From NCBI GenBank assembly GCA_020725385.1, contig DYFC01000017.1:48178-112177 (forward strand): DNA of 64,000 nt, given 5' to 3'. Numbering within the stretch: the first letter of the stretch is position 1; each line of letters opens with the position of its first letter. The notes under the pieces are model-generated. The model did no database searches. It was not told where the DNA came from and saw only the letters and a list, made by a program, of their open reading frames with translations. This document shows, piece after piece, positions 38,327 to 47,866 of this stretch. A program made the position numbers and the translations under genes. The DNA comes from Nitrospira japonica. GTDB taxonomy: Bacteria; Nitrospirota; Thermodesulfovibrionia; Thermodesulfovibrionales; SM23-35.

Positions 38327-39967
38327 ATGTTTAAGTATCTTAAAAACATGAAAATCAGGTACAAATTATGGCTGGTTGTTGGTGTTATGATGTTCGGAAT
38401 TATAACAGTTGGAACGATGTCGGCAGTCGAGTTAAAAGGAGATCTTTTCAAGGAAAAGGAAACAAAGACACGCCATCTTGTTGAGACCGCATATGGAGTA
38501 ATAGAAAATTATTACAATCAATTTAAAGAGGGTAAAATTTCAGAAAGAGATGCCCAGGCATTTGCAATAGCTGCAGTGAAAAATTTAAGGTATGAAGAAA
38601 AAGATTATTTCTGGATTAATGATATGCAGCCAAAAATGATTATGCATCCTTTTAAACCAGAACTTGATGGAAAAGATTTATCGGATTTTAAAGATCCTAC
38701 GGGAAAGGCACTTTTTGTAAGTATGGTTGAAGTTGTAAAAAATTCAAAAGGGGGTTACGTAAGTTATATGTGGCCAAAGCCGAATTATAAAGAACCTGTG
38801 CAAAAAATATCTTATGTAAAAGGTTTTGAGCCATGGGGATGGATTATAGGAACCGGTATTTATGTCGATGATGTTAATGCTACGGTAAAGAAAGAAATAC
38901 TGAAGATAATTACTATACTAATTCTTATAGTAGCAATATCTTTTTTCATTGCAACAACTATAATCAATGGATTGCAGAAACAATTGGGAGGAGAGCCTTC
39001 ATATGTGGCTCAAATAGTTCAAAAAGTTTCTGAAGGTGATTTAAGCATTGAGATAGTAACAAATAAAAAATATGAAAATAGCCTTTTATATCATGCAAAA
39101 ATAATGGTTGATAAGCTGAAAAATCTTCTTGGAGAAATAAAGTCAACAGCAGATACACTTGCCTCTGCAAGCCATGAACTTTCAGCAAGCGCAGAACAGA
39201 TGTCAAGAGGCGTTATTGAACAATCAGGTAGGGCGTCTCAAATAGCTACAGCTTCAACAGAGATGTCCCAGACTATAATAGATATTGCTAAAAATTCGTC
39301 TAATATTGCTTCTTCTGCTTCTGAAACTGTGAATATTGCAAATAACGGTGAAAAAATAGTTGATAAATCGGTTGATGAAGTAAAAGCAATAGCAGCTACG
39401 GTTAATGAATCTGCCAGTTTAATGTCTTCTTTGGGTGAACGCTCAAAGCAAATAGGCGATATACTTAATGTAATAAAAGATATTGCAGACCAGACAAATC
39501 TACTTGCATTGAATGCCGCAATAGAAGCAGCAAGGGCCGGAGAGCAAGGGAGGGGTTTTGCAGTGGTTGCAGATGAAGTTAGAAAGCTTGCAGAAAGAAC
39601 TGCTAAAGCTACATCGGAGATAGGGAGTATGATATTTGGAATCCAGAAGGAGATGGAAGCTACTGTTGAATCCATGAATGCCGGTACAAAAAAGGTAGAA
39701 ACCGGAGTAGAGTTTGCTGCTCAGGCTGGAGATGCTTTGCGTCAGATTGTAAAAAGTGTGAGTGAACTTCAGTCAATGGTTCAACAGATTGCTACAGCAA
39801 CGGAAGAAATGTCAACGACTTCAGAACAAATTAGCGGTGATATTGAGACGATCGCCAATGTATCAAAAGAAACTTCTGTCAGTTCGGAACAGATATCAAA
39901 AGCTTCTTCGGATCTTTCAAGATTAGCCGGAAATTTACAAAATGTAGTTGGTTTATTCAAAGTTTAA
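38327..39967 (+). CDS. Methyl-accepting chemotaxis protein with Cache sensor domain
   Basis: YFWIND...MIMHP...YMWPKP Cache domain between two TMs; [40 protein letters not shown]. Confidence 0.96.
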   Translation: MFKYLKNMKIRYKLWLVVGVMMFGIITVGTMSAVELKGDLFKEKETKTRHLVETAYGVIENYYNQFKEGKISERDAQAFAIAAVKNLRYEEKDYFWINDMQPKMIMHPFKPELDGKDLSDFKDPTGKALFVSMVEVVKNSKGGYVSYMWPKPNYKEPVQKISYVKGFEPWGWIIGTGIYVDDVNATVKKEILKIITILILIVAISFFIATTIINGLQKQLGGEPSYVAQIVQKVSEGDLSIEIVTNKKYENSLLYHAKIMVDKLKNLLGEIKSTADTLASASHELSASAEQMSRGVIEQSGRASQIATASTEMSQTIIDIAKNSSNIASSASETVNIANNGEKIVDKSVDEVKAIAATVNESASLMSSLGERSKQIGDILNVIKDIADQTNLLALNAAIEAARAGEQGRGFAVVADEVRKLAERTAKATSEIGSMIFGIQKEMEATVESMNAGTKKVETGVEFAAQAGDALRQIVKSVSELQSMVQQIATATEEMSTTSEQISGDIETIANVSKETSVSSEQISKASSDLSRLAGNLQNVVGLFKV

Positions 39968-39995
39968 ATTTATAATTCTAAATTAAATCTTTTCA

Positions 39996-40029
39996 AATAA
40001 AGGGCTCCAACAAAAATGAGCCCTTTATT
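39996..40029 (+). terminator. Intrinsic terminator after the MCP gene
   Basis: AATAAAGGGCTC-10 nt-GAGCCCTTTATT. Confidence 0.8.
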
Positions 40030-40356
40030 ATATTTTCAAATATAATATTTATATCCCAATTTATCTTATTTATCTTCAGAAAAACTAATTCATTAAAAAA
40101 GAAAATAGTTGAAATATAATACTGTGATTTTTTAGAATAAAAAATAAATATATTACAATTTAAACATAAATATAATAAAAATTATAAAGGCTTTTTAAAA
40201 CATTATTGAATCACTCTGCAATTTTGATATTTGTAAAAAGTTCTTCGATTGTTGTTGTATTTCTGTCAGAAGTGAATCTCAAAAGTTTTTCAAAACCTGT
40301 TATATTGACAAAATAGTATTCTTGTCTTTAAAAGAGTCTTTTCATCGGGGGTATTA

Positions 40357-41385
40357 GTGTTAAAAGTTTTAAATAGAAAAGTAAATAAAATAAATAAATG
40401 TAAAGGAAAATCTTCTGAAAACAATAACTTACATGAAACCAAAAGAAAAGTTTTGAAAAGTAGGAGTAACAAAGATTACAGGCACTTTCATAAACATCAA
40501 GATCCTGAATTATATTATAAAGCTATAATAGAAGCTTTTGATGGTTTAATTTATATCTGTTCATCTGACTACCGTATAGAGTTTATGAATCGGCAATTTA
40601 TAGATAAAATCGGGTATGATGCCACAGGTGAGTATTGTTATAAAGTTTTTCATGATAGAACTGATGCATGTCCATGGTGTGTAAATAAACGTGTTTTTAA
40701 TGGTGAAACAGTCCGTTATGAAACAATGATTCCAAAAGAAAACAAATGGTATTATGTTATGAATACACCTATTTATTATAAAGATGGAACTATGTCAAAA
40801 CAATCTTTGATGATTGATATAACTGAAAAGAAAATAATTGAAAATGCATTAAAGGAGAGCGAAGACAAGTACAGAATACTTTATGAAAATAATACTTCAA
40901 TGTATTTTACTGTTAATAAAAATGGAATTATCATTTCAGTTAATCACTTTGGTGCAGGACAACTCGGGTATTCTGTTGAAGAATTAATAGGCACATCGGT
41001 ATTAAATCTTTTTCATCCGGATGATAGAAAATTGGTGAGTGAACAATTCGAGAAATGTTTTATAAATCCTGATAAAGTGGAATACAGGGAATTCCGAAAA
41101 ATTCGCAAAGATGGAAGTATTTTATGGGTTAAAGAAAGTGCACGTGTAATAAATAAAGCAGATAAGAGCCAGATTATTCTTGTTGTATGCGATGATATCA
41201 CGAAAAGAAAAATCATTGAAGAGGAATTAAGAAAAAGCCGGGATGAACTTACTCAAAGAGTAAAAGAACTTGAAGAATTTTATGATCTTGCTGTTGGAAG
41301 AGAATTAAGAATGATAGAAATAAAAAAACAGAATAAAAAACTTAAGGAAGAACTTGCAAAATTTAATGTTTATTTTGACGAATAA
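40357..41385 (+). CDS. Tandem PAS-domain protein with no output domain (start uncertain)
   Basis: PAS with CY..FH...CPWC; second PAS HPDDR...RKDGSILWV...DITKRK; C-terminal coiled coil GRELRMIEIK. Confidence 0.8.
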   Translation: MLKVLNRKVNKINKCKGKSSENNNLHETKRKVLKSRSNKDYRHFHKHQDPELYYKAIIEAFDGLIYICSSDYRIEFMNRQFIDKIGYDATGEYCYKVFHDRTDACPWCVNKRVFNGETVRYETMIPKENKWYYVMNTPIYYKDGTMSKQSLMIDITEKKIIENALKESEDKYRILYENNTSMYFTVNKNGIIISVNHFGAGQLGYSVEELIGTSVLNLFHPDDRKLVSEQFEKCFINPDKVEYREFRKIRKDGSILWVKESARVINKADKSQIILVVCDDITKRKIIEEELRKSRDELTQRVKELEEFYDLAVGRELRMIEIKKQNKKLKEELAKFNVYFDE

Positions 41386-41400
41386 CTTCATTTGTTAGTT

Positions 41401-42813
41401 ATGAAAATTCCTCCACATGAATATCATATTTATAAAAATCTTATAGAAAATACTGCTGAAATAATTCAGACAGTTACTCCTGATGGACATTTTATTTTTG
41501 TAAATAAAGCATGGTATAAAACTCTTGGATATTCTCATAATGAATTAAGTTCTTTAAATTTAAACGATATTATACATCCTGATCATAGAAATCATTCTAA
41601 AACCCTATTTGATAAAATAAGTAAATCAAATAAATCTTTATTAGTTGAGACCGCATTTATAACAAAAGATGGCAGAAAAATATATGTTGAAGGCAGTATA
41701 CATAGAATTAGTCAGGCTAATAAAGTTTTATATATTCAATGTATTTTTCGTGATGTTACAGAAAAAAAGATTTACATGGAAATTATTGAAAATGCTATAA
41801 ATGAATGGAGAATTACATTTGATTCCATGCCATGCGGTGTTTTAATAATTGATCTTGATTGTAATATAAAAAGAACGAATAGATATTTTGCAAATATTTT
41901 TAAATTACAGATTGAGGATATAAAAGGTTTGAAATGTAGTGAGGTATTAAAAGATGTAGAACTTCAAAATGTTTTTAGGAAAATTATTTATGAAAAAACA
42001 TTTCCTTTAGAGACAATACAATATAATCTTAAAGAAATTAATAAAAGTTTCATGATTGATTTTACTCCAATTCCAGCAAGCGATGGAATTACAAGATCTA
42101 TTATTCTTACTTTTGTCGATGTTTCAGAAATAAAAAATAAAGAGAAAAAACTTGTGGAAAGCAGAGACGCTTTTTTTAATATGCTCAAAGACCTCGATTA
42201 TTCTTATAAAGAATTAAAGGATCTTTTCGAAAATTTAATACGCTCTTTTATTAATATGATTGAGGCAAAGAGTCCATGGACAAAAGGACATTCTGAACGT
42301 GTTACCGATTACGCTTTAACTATTGCCACTGCATTAAATTTTGAAGAAGATGAATTAAATGATCTAAAAATAGCTGCTTTACTTCACGATATTGGTAAAA
42401 TTGGTACTTATGATTTATTACTTGACAATCCAAATAGACTTACAGAAGACGAGTTACAGCTCATTTATATGCACCCGATTAAGGGTGAGAATATATTGAA
42501 GCCAATAAAACAGATGAGAAAAATATTACCTATTATAAGACATCACCATGAACGGATAGATGGCAGTGGTTATCCGGATGGCTTAAAAGGGGATGAAATA
42601 CCTCTACCGGCAAGGATATTAAGTATCGCGGATGCGTTCGATTCGATGACATCAAACAGACCATATCGAAATGCTGGAACCTATGAGTATGCTATCTCGG
42701 AACTTAAGAGTTGCAGCGGAACTCAATTTGATGGCGGACTTGTTGACGTTTTCTTGAAACTTTTATATAAGTCCGGGATTCGCAAAACACAGGAGTTTCC
42801 GGTTAATTTTTAG
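41401..42813 (+). CDS. PAS-PAS-HD-GYP c-di-GMP phosphodiesterase
   Basis: GHSERV, LLHDIGK, HHERIDGSGYPDGL, ADAFDSMTSNRPYR. Confidence 0.93.
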   Translation: MKIPPHEYHIYKNLIENTAEIIQTVTPDGHFIFVNKAWYKTLGYSHNELSSLNLNDIIHPDHRNHSKTLFDKISKSNKSLLVETAFITKDGRKIYVEGSIHRISQANKVLYIQCIFRDVTEKKIYMEIIENAINEWRITFDSMPCGVLIIDLDCNIKRTNRYFANIFKLQIEDIKGLKCSEVLKDVELQNVFRKIIYEKTFPLETIQYNLKEINKSFMIDFTPIPASDGITRSIILTFVDVSEIKNKEKKLVESRDAFFNMLKDLDYSYKELKDLFENLIRSFINMIEAKSPWTKGHSERVTDYALTIATALNFEEDELNDLKIAALLHDIGKIGTYDLLLDNPNRLTEDELQLIYMHPIKGENILKPIKQMRKILPIIRHHHERIDGSGYPDGLKGDEIPLPARILSIADAFDSMTSNRPYRNAGTYEYAISELKSCSGTQFDGGLVDVFLKLLYKSGIRKTQEFPVNF

Positions 42814-42814
42814 T

Positions 42815-43810
42815 TTATGTAATTACTTCAGAAAGAATTCTTTTACCGGTTCTGCTTTCACAGCTAAAAACAGGTAATCTATGATTTTTAGTACGCTTTT
42901 GGTAGTACATTAATTTATCTGCTGAGTCTAATAATTCATGAACAGAACTAACTGTATTTGCATTGTATATTGAAATACCGGTACTTACTGAAAGATTATA
43001 AGGATGTCTTTGCAATTTATTATATTCTTCAAAATTATCATGTAATCTTTTTGTAATTGCTTCTATGGTATTATAAGTAGTATCTATTGTTAGAACAACA
43101 AATTCATCCCCTCCAATACGTGCCAGAATATCCGATTCTCTAAATGTCCTTTTAAGGATATTTGCTGTATTAATAAGTGCACTGTCACCTTCTTTATGAC
43201 CGTGATTATCATTTATAAATTTAAGATTATCAACGTCCGCAAAAATAAAAAGTATTTCTTTTTTTAGTCTTTTTGCAAGTCTTAAATGTTGTTCGGCAAG
43301 ATTTATAAAACCTCTTCTATTATATAAACCGGTTAATTCATCTATAAGTGAAAGCATATGTAATTGGTCCAGCATATTTTTTTTATCAGTGATGTCTCTT
43401 GCGATCCATTGTATTGCATAAGGGAAACCTTCTTTAAAAAGAATTGAAGCCTCTGATTCAACCCATATAAATTCTCCATTCTTTTTCTTTAGTCTTAACA
43501 CAAGCGGACTCTTATTGGTGTAGTTATTATTTAAGAGATCAATAAAATTAAGAGCCGATTTTATATGTTCTTCTGAAAAGAAAGCTGTCAGATTTATTTT
43601 TTTAAATTCCTCTATTTTATATCCGAGTAGATTTAAAGTAGCATTATTTGCGTCAATAAAATTGCCTTTAAGGTCATGTATATATATGCAATAGAATAAA
43701 CTATTATAAAGAGCATTATATCTTATTTGTATTTCTTTACAATATATTACTGGTTCACTGGAGCCGGATGTCCCGCATTTATTTTTTAAAGCACTATTTA
43801 ATTTTTCCAA
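42815..43810 (-). CDS. PAS-GGDEF diguanylate cyclase
   Basis: DELTGLYNRRGF, DVDNLKFINDNHGH, RESD I-site five residues before GGDEF. Confidence 0.94.
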   Translation of the reverse strand: MEKLNSALKNKCGTSGSSEPVIYCKEIQIRYNALYNSLFYCIYIHDLKGNFIDANNATLNLLGYKIEEFKKINLTAFFSEEHIKSALNFIDLLNNNYTNKSPLVLRLKKKNGEFIWVESEASILFKEGFPYAIQWIARDITDKKNMLDQLHMLSLIDELTGLYNRRGFINLAEQHLRLAKRLKKEILFIFADVDNLKFINDNHGHKEGDSALINTANILKRTFRESDILARIGGDEFVVLTIDTTYNTIEAITKRLHDNFEEYNKLQRHPYNLSVSTGISIYNANTVSSVHELLDSADKLMYYQKRTKNHRLPVFSCESRTGKRILSEVIT

Positions 43811-43843
43811 TGAGCCCTCCTTTTAAAAATTTAATAAATTTTT

Positions 43844-43860
43844 AGCAAATAAAATGCCAA
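43844..43860 (-). promoter_or_regulatory. Sigma54 promoter of the diguanylate cyclase
   Basis: TGGCAT-TTTAT-TTGCT (-24/-12). Confidence 0.72.
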
Positions 43861-43939
43861 TTTGTTAGTAAAGAGCAAAGAACGAATAGCGAAGAGAAAA
43901 ATATTAATTGATTAATTTTTTTCCAGAACAATTGTTTTT

Positions 43940-43955
43940 AGGCATAAACTTTGCT
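43940..43955 (+). promoter_or_regulatory. Possible sigma54 promoter (divergent)
   Basis: AGGCAT-AAACT-TTGCT. Confidence 0.55.
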
Positions 43956-44060
43956 CCTATGTATTGTAATAAGTTTGAAATTGTCAGAATATTGACGACG
44001 TTTGGGTAATATAAATTACTTAGTAAGTATAAGATGTCAAAAAATTAACCCGGTAATAAA

Positions 44061-44204
44061 ATGGATATTAATCCGGCAAATAAAATTTATGAAACTCCTG
44101 TAATAAAAAGGGAAGAGAATACAGGTCTTCCTGATAAAAGAAAACAAAAAAGAGAAAAGAAGGAACAGGACAAAGGAGTAAGGAAAGTTGACATCAAGGT
44201 ATAA
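44061..44204 (+). CDS. Small charged hypothetical protein (47 aa)
   Basis: MDINPANKIYETPVIKREENTGLPDKRKQKREKKEQDKGVRKVDIKV; stop lies 1 nt before the next ATG. Confidence 0.6.
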   Translation: MDINPANKIYETPVIKREENTGLPDKRKQKREKKEQDKGVRKVDIKV

Positions 44205-44205
44205 G

Positions 44206-44601
44206 ATGCTTAGAAATACAAAAACAAAAGAGAAAGAACTTTTATCACTTGAACTCTCTGAAGTTAAGGACATCGCTGACATTATTTTTAAGAGATTAAA
44301 CAGGAAGATAGAAGTTCTTGAGGCTATTGAAAATTCAGTAGATGAAAAAATAAAAGTTCTTGAGAAACTGATACAGAAAGCTGAAGCAGCACAATCATCT
44401 TTATCCAAACTTGACCGTCATGGAGAAATAGCTTTAATGGGAAGAAGAGGTATGAGCAGCCGTGAAATAGCTGAAGCACTTGATGTGCCTGTTGGAGAAG
44501 TTGATTTAATCCTTAATCTGAAAGGCATTAGGACAGGTGCAAATACCTCTTCTGAAAAAGTTAAACAGGAAAAAATTTCCAATCAGGTAATATTTACCTG
44601 A
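44206..44601 (+). CDS. Flagellar-locus coiled-coil + HTH-like protein (DUF2802/DUF6115-like)
   Basis: Coiled coil followed by GMSSREIAEALDVPVGEVDLILNL. Confidence 0.65.
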   Translation: MLRNTKTKEKELLSLELSEVKDIADIIFKRLNRKIEVLEAIENSVDEKIKVLEKLIQKAEAAQSSLSKLDRHGEIALMGRRGMSSREIAEALDVPVGEVDLILNLKGIRTGANTSSEKVKQEKISNQVIFT

Positions 44602-44643
44602 GATTTAAATTGAAAAATTCCCTCCTATTACCCCTCTTTCATC

Positions 44644-44674
44644 AGGGTTCGGGAAAATACCCGAACCCTTTTTA
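44644..44674 (+). terminator. Intrinsic terminator
   Basis: AGGGTTCGGG-aaaata-CCCGAACCCT-TTTT. Confidence 0.88.
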
Positions 44675-44748
44675 TTTTATTTGTCTAAATAATAAAGATG
44701 TTACACGATAAACTATATCTAAGTATGTATTCAAGAAGTATAATCAAA

Positions 44749-44776
44749 AGATTCCTCACATTCGTTCGGAATGACA
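44749..44776. repeat. REP-like dispersed element half-site
   Basis: AGATTCCTCACATTCGTTCGGAATGACA resembles the widespread GTCATTCCGA...GAATCT intergenic repeat family (from memory); single copy in this window. Confidence 0.45.
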
Positions 44777-44916
44777 AGGTAGAGAGGTTTAAAATTACAG
44801 AAAAAGAATTTGTAATGATTGATAAAGGTTTAAAATAACAAAAAACCAACTATAAAAAAACAAAAAGTCGTGAAATAAAAGTATTAACTGAGTAGAATTT
44901 TATTTAAAAAACAAAC

Positions 44917-44932
44917 TGGCATTATGTTTGCT
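44917..44932 (+). promoter_or_regulatory. Sigma54 promoter of the flgF operon
   Basis: TGGCAT-TATGT-TTGCT. Confidence 0.78.
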
Positions 44933-44943
44933 TAAAAAAAGGC

Positions 44944-45645
44944 ATGAATAAAGGAATTTATATAGCACTTTCAGGAGCAGTTTTAAAAAATACACAGGTG
45001 GAGATTATTTCGCAAAATCTTGCAAATGCAGCATCTACCGGTTACAAAAAAAACAAAGTGTCATTCAAAGATTATATGTTGCCAGTAACACAGGAATCTG
45101 CTGACGGAAGAGCAATGAGTGAACTCTCTGCAATAAAAACTGATTTTTCAGAAGGAACGATGATAAAAACAGGAAATACACTTGATATAGCTATTGATGG
45201 TAAGGGATTTATTAGTCTTGAGGACGGATTTTATACACGTAGAGGTGATCTTAAGATATCTTCTGACGGATATCTTAGAGCCTTTAATGGATTTAAAGTG
45301 CTTGGTAACGCAGGTCCTATTCGTTTGCAAGGAGGCATAATTCAAATTGATAACAACGGTGATGTTTTTGTAAATGGTCTGTTAACTGACACGATTAAAC
45401 TTACTGATTTTGAATCAACTGATAATCTCGTAAGAGCAGGTAATAGCCTTTTTAAGACCGCTGAGAAAGGTTTTAAGGCAAGTACTTTTGTAAGACAAGC
45501 ACATCTTGAAGCATCCAATGTAGATGTATTCAGAGAAATGGTTTCAATGATAGAGACAATGAGAGAATATGAGACATTTCAAAAAGCTATAAGAGCTTTT
45601 GATGAAGCCTCAGAAAAGATAAACAATGAGTTAGGGAGGTTTTAA
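44944..45645 (+). CDS. flgF: Flagellar basal-body rod protein FlgF
   Basis: ISQNLANA..GYK, TGNTLDIAIDGKGF, LEASNV; precedes flgG. Confidence 0.9.
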   Translation: MNKGIYIALSGAVLKNTQVEIISQNLANAASTGYKKNKVSFKDYMLPVTQESADGRAMSELSAIKTDFSEGTMIKTGNTLDIAIDGKGFISLEDGFYTRRGDLKISSDGYLRAFNGFKVLGNAGPIRLQGGIIQIDNNGDVFVNGLLTDTIKLTDFESTDNLVRAGNSLFKTAEKGFKASTFVRQAHLEASNVDVFREMVSMIETMREYETFQKAIRAFDEASEKINNELGRF

Positions 45646-45648
45646 AAA

Positions 45649-46437
45649 ATGCTAAGATCATTATTTATTGCTGCAACAGGTATGGAAGCTCAAAAACTGA
45701 ATATAGATGTAATAGCAAATAATCTAGCGAATGTTAATACAGTTGGCTTTAAGAAAAGTAGAGCGGATTTTCAAGAATTAATATATCAGGATTTAAGAAC
45801 ACCCGGGGCTATTTCTGCTGAAGGTTCTCAAATACCATCCGGTATCCAAGTCGGGCTTGGTGTTAAACCTGTTGCAGTTCAAAAATTATTTCTTCAGGGA
45901 GATTTTGTTCATACAGGTAATCCACTTGATCTTGTAATAGAAGGAGATGGTTTTTTTCAGATAACAATGCCTGACGGAACGATAGCTTACACGCGTGCTG
46001 GAACATTTAAACTTGACAGCGAAGGTAGAATAGTTAATTCAGATGGTTATCCGCTTGAACCTGCTATAACTGTACCTGCAAATACTATCAGCATAACAGT
46101 TGGTTCTGACGGTAAGATTCAAGCATTACAATCCGGAAGTACTACTCCTACAGAAATAGGGCAGATTGAACTCGCAAGATTTATAAATCCGGGTGGACTT
46201 AAGGCAATGGGTAAAAATTTATTTACAACATCAGGCTCTTCAGGTGAGGCAACAACAGGAAATCCTTCAACAGAAGGCCTCGGTACCATAGCTCAGGGAT
46301 TTATTGAAATGAGTAATGTAAATATTGTTGAAGAAATGGTAAATATGATTGTTAGTCAAAGAGCTTATGAAATAAATTCAAAAGCTGTTCAGGCTTCGGA
46401 TGAAATGCTTCAAACTGCAAATAACATCAAGAGATAA
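45649..46437 (+). CDS. flgG: Flagellar basal-body rod protein FlgG
   Basis: [49 protein letters not shown]. Confidence 0.97.
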   Translation: MLRSLFIAATGMEAQKLNIDVIANNLANVNTVGFKKSRADFQELIYQDLRTPGAISAEGSQIPSGIQVGLGVKPVAVQKLFLQGDFVHTGNPLDLVIEGDGFFQITMPDGTIAYTRAGTFKLDSEGRIVNSDGYPLEPAITVPANTISITVGSDGKIQALQSGSTTPTEIGQIELARFINPGGLKAMGKNLFTTSGSSGEATTGNPSTEGLGTIAQGFIEMSNVNIVEEMVNMIVSQRAYEINSKAVQASDEMLQTANNIKR

Positions 46438-46450
46438 AAGGTTGTAGAAA

Positions 46451-47179
46451 ATGAAATTTAGTAATCGTAAAATATCATCTAAAAAAATAGATAAACCATT
46501 ATTATCAGGCAGGCAATCTTTGACACCTTTATTGTTACTTTTACTTTCATGTATTAATCTTCTTCCTTCTGTTTCAATGGCAGGGCCATGGAATTTAGAA
46601 GATACTCTTAAAGAATACGTTAAAAATGTATATCCATGGCCTGAAATTATGATCAGTGATATTGTGGTAAAAGGTGATATGCCTGATATTAAGCCATCAA
46701 AAATAATGGTTCAAAAAGGATTACCCGGAAAAACTGTTTTTTTACTTGAATTTGATTCTTCGGAAACATTATCTGTTATTGCAAATGTGAAAGCATTTGA
46801 TAATGTGATTTCAGTCAAAAGAGCTTTCAAGAAAGGTTATATTCTTCAAAAAGAGGATTTATATACTTTACTTATGGATGTTCAGCGCATACCCGCTGGA
46901 TCTTTAAAAGACATAAAAAGTGTAGTAGGCAAATCACTAAATCGTTCAGTTCTTGCAAATACTCCAATTACTGCAGGAATGGTGATAGATTCCTATACTG
47001 TTAAAAAAGGGAAGAAAGTTCTTCTTCTGGTTGAAGGTGAAAATTACAGAATCTCAACTACAGGTGAAATTAAAGAAAGTGGTTCTGTTGGGGATTATGT
47101 CAAAGCTTTAAATATTGCTTCTAAAAAAGTTATTTCAGGATTGCTTATCGATGAAAACACATTAAAGGTGGAACTATAA
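46451..47179 (+). CDS. flgA: P-ring chaperone FlgA
   Basis: SAF domain, VKKGKKV, G..G.VGD.VKALNIASKKVISG; gene order. Confidence 0.88.
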   Translation: MKFSNRKISSKKIDKPLLSGRQSLTPLLLLLLSCINLLPSVSMAGPWNLEDTLKEYVKNVYPWPEIMISDIVVKGDMPDIKPSKIMVQKGLPGKTVFLLEFDSSETLSVIANVKAFDNVISVKRAFKKGYILQKEDLYTLLMDVQRIPAGSLKDIKSVVGKSLNRSVLANTPITAGMVIDSYTVKKGKKVLLLVEGENYRISTTGEIKESGSVGDYVKALNIASKKVISGLLIDENTLKVEL

Positions 47180-47866
47180 ATGCGGAGTATAAACTATTTG
47201 ATTGCTTTTATATTTTTATTTTCTGCCTGTGCTACAACAAAAGTTGAACTTCCACCCGAGCCACCAAAATACGTCTATGAAAATAGAGTAGCAGAACACC
47301 CAGCTTTAAATTCTTTGTGGAGGGACTCTGCAAGCCTTTATGAAGACCCAAAAGCGAGGAGGCTGAATGACCTTGTTACAATCAGGGTTGTAGAAAATAT
47401 CACCGGTTCTGGCAAAGCTGATACAAATACTAACAAAAAATCATCACTTGATGTGAGTGTAGAAAAGTTTTTTGGAGTGCCTACAAATCTTGGTTTAAAT
47501 AATCTTTATGGAAAAGGAAATACTTTTTCCCCTTCGGTGAAAGGTTCTGCTGAAAATGATTTTCAGGGAAGTGGAGAAACAACAAGAGAAGGAAGACTTG
47601 TTGGAACAATAACTGCAAAAGTTGTTGAAGTAATGCCTAATAATAATCTTGTGCTTGAAGCAAGAAAAGAAATAACAATAAACAATGAAAAACAAATACT
47701 TATTCTCACAGGTGTAATAAGACCCGATGATATTCTTGTTGACAATTCTGTTGTTAGTAGCAGAGTTGCAGATGCAAAGGTTTATTTTGTTGGTGATGGT
47801 GTTGTTCAGGAAAAACAAAAGCCGGGTTGGCTTGTAAGAATACTGGATGATGTATGGCCATTTTAA
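47180..47866 (+). CDS. flgH: L-ring protein FlgH
   Basis: Lipobox FSAC, DLVTIRVVE, TAKVVEVMPNNNL, GVIRPDDI, PGWL...WPF. Confidence 0.95.
   Translation: MRSINYLIAFIFLFSACATTKVELPPEPPKYVYENRVAEHPALNSLWRDSASLYEDPKARRLNDLVTIRVVENITGSGKADTNTNKKSSLDVSVEKFFGVPTNLGLNNLYGKGNTFSPSVKGSAENDFQGSGETTREGRLVGTITAKVVEVMPNNNLVLEARKEITINNEKQILILTGVIRPDDILVDNSVVSSRVADAKVYFVGDGVVQEKQKPGWLVRILDDVWPF

Noticed and set aside
43870-43900. Degenerate heptamer runs (GAGCAAA GAACGAA TAGCGAA; a similar reverse run near 53219-53240) close to sigma54 promoters
   Set aside because: Too short and degenerate to separate from background short tandem repeats.
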